A DNA stretch of 63,581 nucleotides, the filler included, from Stramenopiles sp. TOSAG23-3 (lineage: Eukaryota), in the NCBI GenBank assembly GCA_900128585.1. It is 26 parts of 26 records of this genome, joined end to end, with 100 filler letters (N's around TTAATTAATTAA, not from the genome) between each part and the next. Parts side by side here need not be neighbours in the genome. Positions count along the whole stretch, not along the records: positions 42,391 to 44,075 come from LT645540.1; positions 44,176 to 45,854 come from LT645541.1; positions 45,955 to 47,632 come from LT645542.1; positions 47,733 to 49,409 come from LT645543.1; positions 49,510 to 51,184 come from LT645544.1; positions 51,285 to 52,957 come from LT645545.1; positions 53,058 to 54,729 come from LT645546.1; positions 54,830 to 56,500 come from LT645547.1; 18 more parts are not named here. The stretch is one strand, 5' to 3'. The notes under the pieces were generated by a model. It saw only the letters and a list, made by a program, of their open reading frames with translations. It ran no database searches and was not told the origin of the DNA. Position numbers and translations under genes: made by a program. Every line of letters starts with the position of its first letter. The stretch's first letter is position 1. Below are positions 43,827 to 55,147 of the stretch, piece after piece.

Positions 43827-44578
43827 CGTATAAGCGAAGAAAGTATATGCCACGAACCAATAACAACAACGGCGTCAATGGATTCCAAAGATATTAGTTA
43901 AATTTTATATATACGGCATGCACAAAATTGTTCCACAATACGAATGTTACATTTCTTTCTTTGTTTATATAATACATTCAATTGAACTAATTTAGAGTGC
44001 AAGTAAAAGCAATTATCGAATTTGTAAATAAAAAAAAAAATAAGGACATCCATCATCCTCCTCCTGGCCTCCTCTNNNNNNNNNNNNNNNNNNNNNNNNN
44101 NNNNNNNNNNNNNNNNNNNTTAATTAATTAANNNNNNNNNNNNNNNNNNNNNNNNNNNNNNNNNNNNNNNNNNNNATGCGCTTTGGAACCACAGCGATGC
44201 TTCTGAGCCATTAAGTTAATTCCAAATAAATACAACGTTCGTGTCGTATAATTAATAATAATAACATCATCATACAGCATGAACAACAAAAAATATGAGA
44301 AAGAAGAAACGAAAAAAAGAAGAAGATGATGATCACATTTCGTTTGTAGTTGAACATTGAACATTGAGAATTGAGGAGAGTAAACTTGTTACGTATTGGG
44401 TGAAAAGAATGCATGGCATTGAAGAAAACGATGTATGTATATATACGCAGACACACGCACATACGACATTTAAGTTGAGTCATATTGATTGATTCCTTAC
44501 TCAAACCCACTCAAAGTACAACGAGGGTAAAGGGTGCGAACTGTGTACACGTACAGTACGCTCCTCACGACGTACACC

Positions 44579-45343
44579 ATGGCGATGATGCAGCAATTTT
44601 ACAGAACGAATCGGCCTGGGATCGACGATGTGGACGCCAAGAAATCGTACACGGTGAAGAAAGTCCGCCAGTACGTTGGGCCGAGGCAGCGGACGGTGCC
44701 ACGGATCCCGTACGCAAAGCTAAAGCATTCCAAGCGCGGCCCTGGGCCAGCAACGTATACCTCCACCCCGAACACGTTCGGGAAGCAATTTCGGGTTGGA
44801 AACGGCCGGTCGGCGACAGCCGTTTCCTTTGGGACGGCCCAACGTTTCAAAACGTCCCACTCGACCACTTTTGTCGGGATTCTGAAGAAGTTGGAGAGGG
44901 AGGGCGGTAGAAGAAAGCCCTACAGCCCGTACCTGCGGAGCGCCCGCCCCTCCACGGCAGGGAACCGTCGAAAGCGACGGAAGAACAAGGGGAAGCAGCC
45001 GGGGAGTGGTGAGGTGAGGACGCCGAAGCAGCGCCCGGGATCGGCCCCGTCCTTGTCCCGAAGCGCCAGCTCCCTGCTCCCGCCGGGCCCCATGTGTTAC
45101 GTGCACACGGACGCAGGGATAGGAAAGCAGACGGTGTCCGCGCGAAAGACGTCGCCTGCGGTACAATTTAGCAAAGCAAAGCGAGACATAAACCTGAATA
45201 GTTTTGTTGCTGGAAAAGGCGACCTTCCAGAGAATACCCCGGGGAGCGCCGACTACCGGACCAGCCGTTCCCTCCGAAAGCTGTCAGCACACCGCCCAAA
45301 TTGTAATTTTGGAACGAGCCCGCGTTTTGATTACCACATGTGA
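44579..45343 (+). CDS. ODF3/SHIPPO-like flagellar PGP-repeat protein
   Basis: GPGPATY, PPGPMCY and TPGSADY, paired with SFGTAQRF, FSKAKR and FGTSPRF. Confidence 0.72.
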   Translation: MAMMQQFYRTNRPGIDDVDAKKSYTVKKVRQYVGPRQRTVPRIPYAKLKHSKRGPGPATYTSTPNTFGKQFRVGNGRSATAVSFGTAQRFKTSHSTTFVGILKKLEREGGRRKPYSPYLRSARPSTAGNRRKRRKNKGKQPGSGEVRTPKQRPGSAPSLSRSASSLLPPGPMCYVHTDAGIGKQTVSARKTSPAVQFSKAKRDINLNSFVAGKGDLPENTPGSADYRTSRSLRKLSAHRPNCNFGTSPRFDYHM

Positions 45344-46192
45344 ACTGCATGATGCGTGCACCGGATGGGTCGGTCGGTCGGTGGGGTAGGATGGAAATGC
45401 GATGGACAACGTATCCCACGAGAATAGGGTCAACGGGACAGACGCTTATCACATATATATAATATAAATTTGGAACAAAAAATCGGCTAAAAATGAAGTT
45501 GATGATTCATTTCGACAATGCGATGATGAATGAAGAAACCCCAAATTCAGTTATTTATCTAAGCATTTATAAATAATTACTCGCTCTTGTAAATCATAAA
45601 CCAATTGTTTATATATAATAAGTACCAAAAAAAAAAAAAAGAATTCATTTCTCAACAAAAAATAATATTTTTTTTTTTTTTATACATAATCTTTTTTTCT
45701 ACTATAAAAATAACAAACAACAACATCATCATAGCATCATCATCTCACCATCACCACCACCACCACCATCCGCCCACATAATCCGCCGATGATTCTTTCT
45801 TTCTAGTCTTTTCTTCTTTTGTCTTTTGTTTTCCTTCCCTTCCCTTTCTTTTCTNNNNNNNNNNNNNNNNNNNNNNNNNNNNNNNNNNNNNNNNNNNNTT
45901 AATTAATTAANNNNNNNNNNNNNNNNNNNNNNNNNNNNNNNNNNNNNNNNNNNNACAAATAATAATAAAAATATAATAAATAAAAAAAATTAAGAAAACA
46001 AATATAATAATAACAAATATATATAGATGTGCCTTCTTACTCATATTACATTTATTTGCATTGCTTCTGTAGGACACACATCACCGGTGTTTTTTAAAAT
46101 TCAGAAAAGAATGTCATGCTCATTTGATACGGTTCCTCCATAAAATTCACAGACAGTTTTGTGCCAAAGGAATACACACATATTAGTTGGTT

Positions 46193-46674
46193 ATGAGCGA
46201 TGCGGTAAACGTCGGCGGGGAAGAGCCCGCTGCGACTGTTGCCACGAACAGCAACAACGGTACAGATGCAAGCGCGACTAAAAAACGAGCCCCTCTGGTC
46301 GATTTATTTCACGATGTAGGCGTACCCCTGGGAAATCTTGCTTCTACAGGACCGTTGATGGCTAAATTGGAAGGCTTAATTGACTCCGTTCCAAGCGCAG
46401 TAAGTGCATTGTTCTCTACAAGGGAGCTTGTCGTTACGGGGCTGCACTACTTGAATGCTGATACCGATAATGATGGAGAACTGGACGAAGAGGAAGTAAT
46501 GCATATTCTCGAACACTTACCCGATGACGTGGCAGAGTCGGAAGCCAGCGAACTGTTCAAACAGTTAGATGTTGATGGAAGCGGCAAGGTAAGTTTTGAA
46601 GAGATTCTTTTGTGCATTGCAAGTGTTTCATTTTGCCAAGATGATCTTTTGGAAAGTTTGTACAAACGGTCGAG
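46193..46674 (+). CDS. EF-hand pair protein, 3' partial (ends at an internal N7 gap)
   Basis: Canonical EF loops DTDNDGELDEEE and DVDGSGKVSFEE. Confidence 0.8.
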
Positions 46675-46681
46675 NNNNNNN

Positions 46682-47043
46682 GTGGCACCGGTGGCCCCAG
46701 TGCTGCCAACAGTGCCCGTGGCGCCTGTGCCACGTGGCTTGGCACCTCCCGTGGCACTGCTTGGCCCATCGTCGATATCACCCGTATACGGGCCAGACGC
46801 ACGGCCTGCCGCAACGGCAGCTTGGTGTTCCTCCTCTTTCTTTTCCATCATATCAAACGCGGCCTCCGAATGGTCCACCGGTTTCGATTCTCCAATTTCT
46901 AATTCACTCACTAACATACCCATGCGGTCCCCTAGATCCCCGTCCCCGGCGTCCAGGTCTGGTACCATCATGGTCTCCGCGGCATGGCTCACTACCAACA
47001 GCGCAAACGCAACAGATAAAAGCGATTGCATACTTCGAAACAT
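46682..47043 (-). CDS. Secreted protein with G-A-T triplet repeats, 3' partial
   Basis: Signal peptide MFRSMQSLLSVAFALLVVSHAAE; GTGATGTVGSTGATGA runs into the gap. Confidence 0.65.
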
Positions 47044-47966
47044 GCTGCAACAGAATAAGTGAAATCTACTGCCAGAACACTGGCTCTAGTTTATAAAAAT
47101 AAATTTACTTCCTTTGGGAACACTAAATGTTTCACTTCTTCTTGCGATGAAACCGTTGACCTTTCTCCCTTTCCCATTAGTTCATAACGCTCATTCGATT
47201 CCTTTTGCGAGAAACAATCCATCCAAGAAATATAATCTCATGTTGATATTTAAGGCAGAATTAAATATAATTTAATCGATGCTAAGTATATACTATCTAA
47301 TACAAAGCATATAATAATAATTCACTTATATCCATAAGAACATCCTTAATATACCACAGGAAAATCTCAAATCTCAATTCTTCCAATTCACTTAGACTAC
47401 AATTAAAATCTTATTCTGTTTAATATTATATTCATATTAAAGTATTGTTATCGTTGGTATAGTTTATGCATTTAATGTTATTGTATTTTTTGTTTGTTCT
47501 TAATTTGGGCCCCCCTTTCTTGTTCCTTGATTTTAGACAATCAAACGAAATACTCTCCTCAAATATAAAAAACAGTGCTATGATCATATTATGAAATTGA
47601 GTAACGATGCTATGGTTATATTATGAAAATGANNNNNNNNNNNNNNNNNNNNNNNNNNNNNNNNNNNNNNNNNNNNTTAATTAATTAANNNNNNNNNNNN
47701 NNNNNNNNNNNNNNNNNNNNNNNNNNNNNNNNACTGCCGGGAAGGAGGCGCCATGACGTTGCGCTTCGCCTCTTCTTTCGTGGACGACATGAGAAATGAT
47801 CACGCGATGATAAGACAAATGAGCGCCGCCGGCACGCTTTTGGATACACGAGAGCGGCGAACACAGCTTTGGTAGGATTTTTTCGGCCGGAAACGGCCGC
47901 CTTTTTTTAATTTTTCGGTACATTTTGAACCGGATTGGGACGGGACGGAGAGGCCCAGAGCATGCG

Positions 47967-48876
47967 ATGGCCGACCCGCGCACACCGCATCAAGTCATGG
48001 TTCAGATCTTAGAAGCACGCGGAGTCGAAACGACAAAATCGTCAAAGAAAGCTGACATGTACATCCAGGTTCTTGTCGGGCCTACGGCTCGGCGCGTTAG
48101 GACGACGCGCACGCGGTTCGGAAGCGTGAATGCCGTATTTAACGAAAGCTTCACATTTGAGAACGTACTACTGACGCCGTCAGAGTTCCGATGTGAAAAG
48201 GTGGCCGTTCGGGTATTCGACCGCAACGTAGCCACCCGTAATTCTCTGGTTGGTGCGTGTGAAGCTGGTCTGGAAAGCATTTTTCACCAGCACAATCACC
48301 AATTATACAAGCGCTGGCTGCCCATCTACAGACCTGGAATCCCTTGCTATCATCGCGGATTTGTTCGCGTGACAATGCATGTCCTGGGCCCAAAAGACGC
48401 TACACCACTCAATGATTACTCTATCTTATCAGCCTCTGCGGACCCTGCCGAAAAATTATTAGCGAGGGCTAAAGACGACGCGATGCGCTTAACTGAGCCT
48501 GAAATGAAGACATCATTTCACATTCTGAGCGTTCTCTTGTATCGTGCTGAAGGCCTTCGTGGTGTGAGCTCAGGGTCCAGAATCAACCCTTTCTTTTCTA
48601 TCCGTTTCAATGGAAATACCGTCCAAACACGTACATTTGCGTCTAACCAGTCACCGTTTCTCAATGTACGCGCTGAGATCCCATTTGTCTACCCGTTGTT
48701 TTCAAATTCTATCGAAGTGCAAGTGTGGGACCGGCTACGAGGCTATCCTGCCACTCTTGTTGCCCAACACACTTTAATGTGAGCTCAAATTGCGCAGGAA
48801 TAGAAGCAGAAATGAGCCATGCCATGAGACGTATTTCTGACGCTGTTGTTTCCCACGCGATTCCCATACCATATAC

Positions 48877-48907
<31 letters not shown>

Positions 48908-49409
48908 ACACACACACACACATACACACACACACACTTACACACACACACACACACACAGGTACGATAAAGAAGCTCTGACAAACCGGCCATGGGGCCC
49001 ACGATGGGTCCATTTTTACAGTCACAGACATGCCTCCCCAACTGCAACTGTGTTCGGCACGTGGTCATCTATACTGGATGGTAACATTGGATTTCGCCAT
49101 CGCCACCAAGCGTCAGAATACTCCGGCAGATTGCTCCTCCGCCTGTCCGTAAAGAAAACGAGAGAGACGCACAACCCTCGCGTAAGAGTCTTGCCTTGCG
49201 CACCCGCCCAGGAAATGAAAGGAGCTAGGTTTGTGGTGCGTTGTGCTATGTACTCTATTGCTGAGCTCCCTGTACGTGGAGGAAGGGTGCTCGTGGAACT
49301 TGCGCTTGCCGAGAGCCGCGTTTGTACACGGGCAGTGTTGGGCAGATCAGGCAAATATTCATGGCATCAGTTGTTAGAAGTATCTTGTTATGCCCCCCTT
49401 GATCTTACT
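47967..49409 (+). CDS. Ferlin-like tandem C2-domain protein, 3' partial; intron 48779-48961
   Basis: C2 motifs VQILEARG, AVFNESFTF, HQLYKRWLP...RGFVRVTMHVLGPKD and LYRAEGL. After the intron come WGPRWVHFY and EYSGRLLL, which are ferlin-like. Confidence 0.82.
48877..48960. repeat. (CA)n microsatellite inside the ferlin-like gene intron
   Basis: Directly visible; abuts the CAG acceptor at 48959-48961. Confidence 0.95.
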
Positions 49410-49510
49410 NNNNNNNNNNNNNNNNNNNNNNNNNNNNNNNNNNNNNNNNNNNNTTAATTAATTAANNNNNNNNNNNNNNNNNNNNNNNNNNNNNNNNNNN
49501 NNNNNNNNNC

Positions 49511-50800
49511 GAAGAACTGAGGGAAGAGGCCCGGGCACGACGGGTAGCCGCAGTTGAAGCACGGCAGCAAATACGCGAAGAACTCGACCGGCTAAATGGC
49601 GTTGTACAAGATCAACAATTGGCAGTTGCCGATGACGATCGCACGATCCGAGAGGGAGAATGCCCCATCTGCTGCATGGACTTTGGGCCGCGCGAACAGA
49701 TTAAAAAAGGGGTCCGCATGATGTGTGGTGTCGAGGAACATTTTGTGTGCGATGACTGCTTCCAACGCCATGTCGAAGATATGTCGAATGCTATGAGAAT
49801 AGTGGACAATCGTGGCACCATTCCAGGGTGCATGCACCCAGAGTGCCTCGATCGAGAAGGCGGGTGTCCTCCATTTCCTCCAAGGATTATCGCGATGCAC
49901 GTGTCTGAGAATGTCCACGATATATTTATGCAAGGAGTCGAGACCTATTTACGGCGGTTGATTCAGGACGAGAACGCGCGCGAGGACGAATTGCGTATAA
50001 TTCGCGATCGCGAGGAGGTAAATCATGTTCAACGGGTTCTACGTCGCATCGGACGGGTGTTGGAAGATTCCCCTCCATATGCAAAGTGCGGAGGATGCGG
50101 GAATTTAGGTGATCTAGCTGTAGATGATAGCGATGTCGTTGCACAATGCAATAATTGTCGCCAACCTTTTTGCGCCATTTGTGGCTTTTGTGATGGCAAC
50201 GATGTACACTGTCACCTTGGTCAGGCGCATGGATATCTTTGGCATTACCGTGATTTCGCATTGCATGGGAACGACAGAGTGTTAAGATTAAAAGCGGAAT
50301 TGAAACAACCCCAAATAATTGCGCTCCTCCAAAATGAACCAAGTTGGGTTCAAATTCTGGAAGAGTTACCGAACATACCGGAAATGGAACCGTGGCGAAA
50401 TTATATCGATACTGGTGCAATTCGTCGAGCGTTCGATCCAAATGCGCCAAGACCAGCTGTTGTCCCGCAGCTACTAGGAAATCAGCCACCGGATCACTTA
50501 CACCAACTACCAGGAAATCAGCCACTGTTTGCCTACCAGGTGGGTGAGCGTGTTCAAGCACTTAGGCCCCCAGATAATAACTGGTATCCTGCTACTATTG
50601 CCCGTGCCTATGGTAATGCGTTTCCGATGTATACTATAGATTGGGATGATGAAGAGAATGTCCTGGAAGAGAGAATCCGTCGACCGCAGCAACAACAAAT
50701 TGGCGGTGCGGGTCCGCAAATCGATCCACAACAACTTGCTTATAATATTGCTCGAAATATTGGCGCTGCATTAGGAATTAACCCACACCAGCCAATTTGA
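49511..50800 (+). CDS. RING + IBR/RING2-like + Tudor protein (truncated RBR-type), 5' partial
   Basis: RING CPIC...C..EH.VC..C...C..PEC; second zinc domain CGGC...CNNCRQPFCAICGFC...HCH; Tudor YQVGERVQAL...WYPATI...YTIDWDD. Confidence 0.78.
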   Translation, partial: EELREEARARRVAAVEARQQIREELDRLNGVVQDQQLAVADDDRTIREGECPICCMDFGPREQIKKGVRMMCGVEEHFVCDDCFQRHVEDMSNAMRIVDNRGTIPGCMHPECLDREGGCPPFPPRIIAMHVSENVHDIFMQGVETYLRRLIQDENAREDELRIIRDREEVNHVQRVLRRIGRVLEDSPPYAKCGGCGNLGDLAVDDSDVVAQCNNCRQPFCAICGFCDGNDVHCHLGQAHGYLWHYRDFALHGNDRVLRLKAELKQPQIIALLQNEPSWVQILEELPNIPEMEPWRNYIDTGAIRRAFDPNAPRPAVVPQLLGNQPPDHLHQLPGNQPLFAYQVGERVQALRPPDNNWYPATIARAYGNAFPMYTIDWDDEENVLEERIRRPQQQQIGGAGPQIDPQQLAYNIARNIGAALGINPHQPI

Positions 50801-50881
50801 AAATTTATTTTTATTATTTTTTTATTTTTAGTTTGTTGATGATTGTGCCCTCCCTCGGTTGGTACGGTTTTAATATATTCC

Positions 50882-50921
50882 TGTTGCTCCGTAGTCGTCT
50901 GTGTTGCTCCGTAGTCGTCTG
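50882..50921. repeat. 2 x 20-bp perfect tandem duplication
   Basis: tgttgctccgtagtcgtctg occurs twice. Confidence 0.9.
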
Positions 50922-53057
50922 GTTGCCTTCTTGAAGATTCCTCTACTACTCTCCTCGTATCTCTGAATACCTTTTATTAGATGAAACAAGACTATAAGAC
51001 TACGCAAAGCAAAACACAGAAGACACCGGTGGCCCTGCCCTGCCCTACTCGTACTGCTGGAACTGTTGTTGTTTTGTGTTTAAATAGTGAAGTCGTCTTC
51101 TTCTGAATTAATAAAATATTATTATCTGATTATATTACGACTGCGGTACCGGCCTCTTCTACTTCTACTTCTTAGTGTACAATANNNNNNNNNNNNNNNN
51201 NNNNNNNNNNNNNNNNNNNNNNNNNNNNTTAATTAATTAANNNNNNNNNNNNNNNNNNNNNNNNNNNNNNNNNNNNNNNNNNNNTTCTTCTTCATTCAAT
51301 CAATTATTTATATGTTTATTTAACTAAGAATAGATAGATGATACAGTACATTGCATTGTATTTACCTAAGTGCCTAACGATTTTATCTATAACGATTTCA
51401 TCAGACGAAAGTAAAATTATTATAACGGTTTTCATGTTGTTTTCCATATGATGTTATTTAAATTTAAGGTTAAGGTAAAAATTACATAACTTTATTTGGT
51501 CTAGTTATTCTTCTTGGTATGTGATTAGTATAGTACGTGTTTACGCTATATAGTTATTATATTATTAGTTCTCACAGATCGTCTATATATTTTTTTATCT
51601 ATCTCTCTCACTTCCTCTTACATATATATATCTATATATATATATGTTTCCAAGCGCCCCGCTTTATTTATAATAATTATGACCGAATATATGGTTTCAC
51701 TCTCCTCATATGATTCCCATGCTATTCCCTTACTACGCATCTTCTGCGCTCGTCTACACTGCTATTTATATGTATAATACTACCTCTCTTCCTTTCTAGA
51801 ACTTTATTAATAAACGTTCGTTTGAATGTATGTTTATGACTCCTCCAATCAGACGTCTCCGATTAGGTCGTACATATTCTGCTTTCTCTTCTATGCTATT
51901 TACTATTCTATTCTTTCTCTACTTTCTAATATTTAATTTCTTCTCTACTTTCTCTACGTCTCCTACGTCTTCCACTACTTTTGTGGGTTTATTATTATTA
52001 ATTCTACTTTTTCTCTTCTCCTACGCCTCCTGCGTCTTCCACTACTTTTGTGGGCTTCTGGTACATTAATGTCCAGGAATTATTATTATTGTGTCGGAAT
52101 AATTATTAAGAAAAAGAAACACATTGTTAACTCTAGGTACTGTCGGACTCGAATAATTCACTACCGACTAAAACTGAACACCAAAACCCTGTGGGTACAA
52201 AAGGTGCAGAAATGCATTTACGCAGACCTCTTCGACTTCTTCTCTTTTCTTCCTCTTCTTCTCTTAATATTTTCTGCTTCTCTTGACTATCCTTTGCTCC
52301 CTGCCTACCCAAACATTAGTGGGCCATTATCATAATGTACTTGTTAATATACCATTATGCTACCATTATTCGTAGGCATTCTGCAACAACTTTAAAATGG
52401 TATACGAACCTACATATGTAGCACTGCCATACTATTGAAAATACTTGTCTGTATTTGCTGCCACCTACGCTCGTTTTTCTTTCACCACTCATTGCAATTT
52501 CATGTTTTGTGTTAATTGATTAATAGGACTTCCCTTTTATTACTATACTACTATTATTTTTTATTAAGGAACTGACATGAAATTTGACCTACGACTTGAT
52601 AAATAAATATCTAATACTACAATAACATTGTTGTTTGGATTGATTTCGACAAAATCGATCCAAACAAAATTGCACACTTAATAATGCTCAATAGTCGTTG
52701 TAATCAATAATTGCCGTCATCCGCGCTATTCATATCAACACTACAATGTATCTCCCTGCTTTTCTAGGAATTTGTTTACAAACTTCCGTGTTGAAGTTAT
52801 TAGTTAGTTAATTATAGATCTTTACCTACCGTTATTTGTATATATTAGTACTTTGTAATACATCTTTTACCATTTGTCCTACATCATGATTATGATAATA
52901 ATATTCTAATTCTTCACTATCTCGTATGCCGTCTTCTGCTTGAAAAAAAAAAAAAAGNNNNNNNNNNNNNNNNNNNNNNNNNNNNNNNNNNNNNNNNNNN
53001 NTTAATTAATTAANNNNNNNNNNNNNNNNNNNNNNNNNNNNNNNNNNNNNNNNNNNN

Positions 53058-53654
53058 GTCTAAAATCAGTCGGCTGGACGACAATGTCTCTGTGACAAGG
53101 TTGTCCCGCGTTGCTTTTCTTTTTTTGCTCCGCGACGAAGAGGCACCTGAACAGCTTCCCGCACCGGTTGGCTGATGCGTGCTGGCTGATGCCTTAGTGC
53201 CCATCGCTTCCATAAATGCTTTCGCAAACGCTGGGCCGCCTTCAAAGTCCCTTCTTAATTGATGTTCTGAAACTTTCACAGGAAAGCATGCGGGGTGGTA
53301 CCAGTTCGTACTTTGGTAAGCCTGCCCTGGAGTTTTCGGCGATCGAATGCCTACTCGCAGATCGTGTTTGAAAATCTTTTTAAAGCAGACTTTGCATTTG
53401 GTGCGACCGCTCTTTGCTAATTCCAATACGTACGTGTCACTACCAAGCGGGCTGGCCCACGAGTCAGAATTTTGAATCTCCACAGATTCTGCTCTTTCAT
53501 CGTCCTCACTAGAAGAAGACACCAGAACGACTGAAAATTCCTCGCTTCTTCCCGCTTCGTTCTCACTCCTTCTTCGCGCGGCCTGGCGAGCATCTAGCGC
53601 GGCCATAACCCGACTTTTACCGCTGCCACTCTTGTTGCTCTCCGAATTTCCCAT
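53058..53654 (-). CDS. PARP-type zinc finger protein, 3' partial
   Basis: YVLELAKSGRTKCKVC.KKI.K.DLRVG...WYHPACF; starts MGNSES. Confidence 0.85.
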
Positions 53655-54342
53655 CTGGGTGGGTGGTTGTTTCCTCAAAGTTGTACAGTTGCTGTTTCAA
53701 ATTTTTGAAAATGACGTGGTTTAACTAATAAAATTATGCAGATGTTGATTTATTTGATTTTGATCTTTTCAGGAGGGATGAGCTATCTATTATCGATCTA
53801 TTATTTAATATTATCATCATCTTTCTAATAAATAATAATAATATAATTTTGAAATAATAAAATCATAATTATTATATTATTTATTATTTTTTTTTTTGTC
53901 TGTCTTCTTCTTTCTTCTTCTTTTCTTCTTTGTTGGTTCATCATACTTCATACCCCCCCGTACGCTCGTGCGATGATCGTTGTTGTTGGGATTATTCTTT
54001 CTCTTCTCCAGGCAGGAGGTTTCTTCCGTTCCTTCCTGGTACCGGTACCGGTACCGGTATTTTAATATTGTAATAGTACAGGAAGGGTTCCTGTGTACCG
54101 TACCGTATCCGGTTCTTTTAGTGTCTTGGTGGTTTTATACCTGTACCGGTGGTAGTGGTGGTGATGATGAGAGTTATTTTTTATTATTATTTTATTAACT
54201 TGAAGGAAGATGGAAAAAATATATCATTCTAATTCTTATTAAAATACAATTCTTTTATCCTTTTCATTTGAAATTTTTTTATAATGTTTCATGGCATAAT
54301 TATAGAAATGATAGGTTAACCCCCACATTTGGACGTAAACAG

Positions 54343-54729
54343 ATGCCCCAATCAGAAACCGGAACAAAACCCATGATGAGGATCGTCGCCGCCACGTTGT
54401 TCATCACAGTGCTGTTCGCTAATACTGTGGTAGGCTACTACCCAGCGTGCTCCGACGGGCTTACCTGCCGCACGTTGTCGCCAGCCGCGACGCCCGAACT
54501 TGTCTTCGACTGCGCGTGGATCATCGCCAAGACGAACAAAAGTGCAATCGTCTACCACATGCACGGCAACGACGGTCGCCGCGCAAAAGCTATGTTTTTT
54601 GGCACTATGAAGGACCTGGCGTTGCTCGGCTACACTTCGCTATCCTGTGACGCGCGTGGGTACTCGCCCGGCGCATCGCCAAAAACCATGCCCAGCTACT
54701 CGTACAACGAGCTAATCGCAGATATTTTC
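54343..54729 (+). CDS. Alpha/beta hydrolase with signal peptide, 3' partial
   Basis: VYHMHG; GYTSLSCDARGYSPGASP...YSYNELIADI. Confidence 0.8.
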
Positions 54730-55147
54730 NNNNNNNNNNNNNNNNNNNNNNNNNNNNNNNNNNNNNNNNNNNNTTAATTAATTAANNNNNNNNNNNNNNN
54801 NNNNNNNNNNNNNNNNNNNNNNNNNNNNNTTATATTATAATATTAATAATATATACACACAGCATCCATCGCAGCAGCAGAAGAATTATAATATTATAAA
54901 TAATAATAAGAAGAGAGGTAAGAGGAGGAGGAGGAGAGAGAAGAAAGAATCATCAACAAAAACAAAATGAACCAAAAAAACAAAACAAAAAAAAGAATAA
55001 TTTTTTTTAACACAAAAAAAGAGGAGAGGATATAATATATGATAGAAAGAAAACAGGAAAGAAGAATTTTTGAAAAAGTGTGGAAGAATATTTAAATATT
55101 GGATGCATGGATCGTTGAAAATTTGTAAATAAACTTATACAAACAGT

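Noticed and set aside
48709-49068. His/Thr-rich and Cys/Val-rich ORFs
   Set aside because: They are translations of the intronic (CA)n microsatellite.
51285-52957. ORFs and a diverged duplication of about 45 bp (51945-51988 versus 52004-52058) in an AT-rich contig
   Set aside because: Low-complexity composition and no protein motif; treated as non-coding or unrecognisably decayed.
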